From Mobula hypostoma (Eukaryota), in assembly GCF_963921235.1 (NCBI RefSeq), contig NC_086097.1:192574001-192638000 (forward strand): a stretch of DNA of 64,000 nt, read 5' to 3'. The notes under the pieces are model-generated. The model ran no database searches. It was not told the DNA's origin and was given only the letters and a program-made list of their open reading frames with translations. Below, in pieces: positions 61,400-64,000 of the stretch (its first letter is position 1; each line of letters opens with the position of its first letter). The translations under genes and the position numbers were made by a program.

Positions 61400-63315
61400 A
61401 GATGTAATCAACAATCTAGTAATTGTCCAAACAGATTTTGCACTTTAAAAAATGATAAGAAGTTACCAACAAATGGACAAAAAGCTACCGTATGGAGAAT
61501 GGCTAATATTTTTACAAGATAACACCTTAAAGAGGGAATACATTCTGGAGAGCTATGACTTATGATTTTACTTTTCATGGAAGATCCAGAACTTCTCTAC
61601 ATACTAATGTAGCATAACATCCTTTAGAGCACTATTTCCAAATATGGCACTGTGATGGATCAGCAATGAAAATCCAGAAAGATGGATCCACTCAATTATA
61701 ATTCCCAATCCTGGTTATAAAAGGAATTTTTTTTATCAAAAATTTAATCTTAACCACGTAAATTGCAAGCACATCCTTTAGGGAATCATACAGCTCAATC
61801 TGCAGACCCTAAAACACTAGAATTATGTCTAAAACATGCAAATACAACAGAACCGGACTTCATATGTACTTACTCTAATTACGTTAGGGATGCAGTAGAA
61901 AGTGATCTTCCCATCTGGTCATCTACTGGATGGAGAACATAGAAATGTAACTGTTCCCACATTTGTCCACGTGGAGGAATATTTATGAATTGTTATTGAC
62001 TAGACGATTCATACAGGTGTTACACATCCTGGGACTTACTGCAGGCCTCTTACTATGGTAATAAACAAGCTGATAAACAAGTAAAACTAGCTGTCAAATG
62101 GACCTTACTGTGGTAAGGGAGGCCAGAGTTTTGGTAATAACAAATCTAAAAATAACCAGGATGATGTCTTAAGAATTCTCCTAGATATAGTTAAACCCAA
62201 TTCCAAATGATTTCCAATATGGTACAAATATGAAGCTGATGATGAAGGTAAAGTTTGGGTCTACCACCCTGAAAAAGTTAAGAAGCAAATACCTCCTGTA
62301 CACAAGCGGCCGCACTGATTCAAGAAGTCCACCAAGGATTCGAACACAATCATAGTGGTGAACAAGCCACTCAAGTGAAATTAGCTATTTTATACTGATG
62401 GCTTTACATATTGAGTGTTTTTAAATGATTTGCTGCAAATAGTAAAGAATGTCTGGCCTATAATAGTCACAAGACCACATCCTATAAGAAAAGCAAAACC
62501 AATAGTGCCAATGCAGGTGTGGAAATTGATTATAAAGGCCTATTTCTGGCTTCACAAGGCAACGCACCTTATCATAAACCTAATAAGTATCTTCTTGCGA
62601 GAATTGATCTTTGTATGGGATTTACGGTGTTAATCTCCATAACTTCTTGTAGTACGGCCACAACCGTCATGCCACTCCAATAGTCCATATTCTCATAAAC
62701 TGGCAACCCCGCCAAGGGTCTTGCTTCACAGGTAAAGACTTTCAACCCATGTATGAACGAACAGGCATACAAGTGGAGTACAGCTCTCCATTCCAGCTGC
62801 AATCGAACGGCATGGTGGAGTGAAGGAATCTAGGGATTAAGCAAGGTGTGGCAAAAATAATCTACTCTAGAGGTAAAATAGGCTACTCTTGTCCCTGAAG
62901 TGCAACTTTTAATAAACAAAATGCCAATTGCAAAAATAGGCATACACACAATTTTTTCTTAATCTACATTGTCCACCTAACTACACCCTAATCACTAACT
63001 AAGGCCACCCATCGCCTATATCCAACACAACTCAAGGAACTGAGAGTGTTTATGGGAATTCAAGAGAAAGCAAAATAACCTGACAAAATAGTTTTGAGAC
63101 CACTAAAACGAGACTAGCTCCAAGGAAAGAAATTTCATAAAAATAATTTTGTCCCTAGTTTCCATCCTAGATGGAAACCTTATTATCTCATTACCCAGAT
63201 TATCAAAGATAGGACTGTGGTAATTGACATTGGGAGGGAAAACAAGACTGAAAGTAAAACTAGCTCCACAGAGAACATCAAACTTGCCTTTGCAGGATTT
63301 AATCCCCCAGAGTGA
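61400..63315 (+). pseudogene. pol: Endogenous foamy-virus-like retrovirus pol remnant: RT connection, RNase H, integrase
   Basis: Collinear motifs across frameshifts: KKLPYGEWLIFLQD; HPLEHYFQIWHCDGSAMK; HPLGNHTAQSA; DLPIWSSTGW; GNKQADKQ; YKYEADDEGKVWVYHPEKVKKQIPP; IQEVH...HSGEQATQVKLAILY*W; IDYKGLFLASQG; YLLARIDLCMGFT; QGSCFT; YSSPFQLQSNGMVE*RN; PSFHPRWKP...RTVVID...STENIK. Stop TGA at 63313-63315. Confidence 0.9.
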
Positions 63316-63770
63316 ATGGAACCCTTACATTATGGTTCATGGTCCACCACGGAACCCCTGCACCCCAAAGGATGGATGGAGGGAGGGATGAGATGTGTTT
63401 AAAAGATAAAACACATGTTTACATATGAAAAGTAATGAAAAAATTCCTGTTCACTTGAGGAAGATGTTATTGATACATTGCCCGGTAATAATACATCCAG
63501 AATGTATTGTTGTTTTCAGAGTAAGACGGAGTCAAACTCTAGAAAGAAATGTTGCTTTTGCTGTATTTTACATTTAATATTCATGCCTATAATAATTCTG
63601 TTCTGCCTTACATACCATTTGCTTTTTCACAGACAAAGTCACATCTACTATATAAGTTGTCACATCTGACTTGGATACCACTAAAACATAATGATCCAGA
63701 GAATATTATTTAAAGGAATCTCAGAACAATGATAATGCTAATTTAAGTATCGCTAAATCATGGGATCAAC
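63316..63770 (+). pseudogene. env: Probable env 5' remnant (long leader peptide with hydrophobic segment) of the same provirus
   Basis: ATG at 63316 directly after the pol stop, preceded by acceptor-like CTTGCCTTTGCAG (63283-63295). The same frame, after three stops, gives RKKCCFCCILHLIFMPIIILFCLTYHLLF. Assignment is by position and hydropathy only. Confidence 0.5.
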
Positions 63771-63774
63771 CTTG

Positions 63775-63823
63775 ACTCAATGGCAGAGCAGACTCAATGG
63801 GCTAAATGGCCTAATTCTGCTCC
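63775..63823 (+). mobile_element. CR1 3' tail fragment
   Basis: AATGGCAGAGCAGACTCAATGGGCTAAATGGCCTAATTCTGCTCCT matches the other CR1 tails. Confidence 0.7.
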
Positions 63824-63825
63824 TA

Positions 63826-64000
63826 CGAGGGGTGATTGATAAGTTTGTGGCCTAAGGTAAAAGAAGTCAAATTTAGAAAACCTATCACATTTATTTTTCA
63901 AAATAGTCTCCTTCTATATGTACACACTTAGTCCAGCGGTCGTGGAGCATACGAATGCCTTCTTTGTAGAAGCGGTCCACGGCAGGGGTGATTGATAAGT
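63826..64000. mobile_element. Tc1/mariner-type DNA transposon end, runs out of the window
   Basis: TA (63824-25) followed by CGAGGGGTGATTGATAAGT; the motif is repeated internally at ~63984-64000. Confidence 0.65.

Overview
Eukaryotic (vertebrate) non-coding DNA, most likely from a cartilaginous fish (ray/shark-type repeat landscape; inferred from the mix of CR1 LINEs, HE1/V-SINE-like and Deu-like SINEs, Penelope elements and Rex1/Babar LINEs). No host protein-coding exon, RNA gene or CRISPR array could be supported. Most of the window is a nested graveyard of transposons: CR1, Rex1/Babar, RTE, L2, a Hero-type RLE LINE fragment, Penelope-like elements (PLEs), a Tc1 (DD34E) element split by CR1, a hAT-Charlie/Buster derivative and a mariner end. 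The standout, absent from the ORF track because it is broken by stops and frameshifts, is a ~2.4 kb endogenous foamy-virus-like (spumaretrovirus-like) fragment at ~61400-63770. It covers RT connection, RNase H, a full integrase and a probable env leader, recognised by collinear motifs. Second, the PLE terminal repeats carry minimal hammerhead ribozymes: one has an intact core (52996-53033) and six are decayed. Third, an unexplained ~1 kb segment (21969-23018, minus strand) has a decayed ORF running through a purine tract into TG..., and may be the 3' accessory gene/LTR of a retrovirus. All translations and comparisons were done by eye and reference motifs are recalled from memory. Boundaries are approximate unless a TSD or TIR is quoted.
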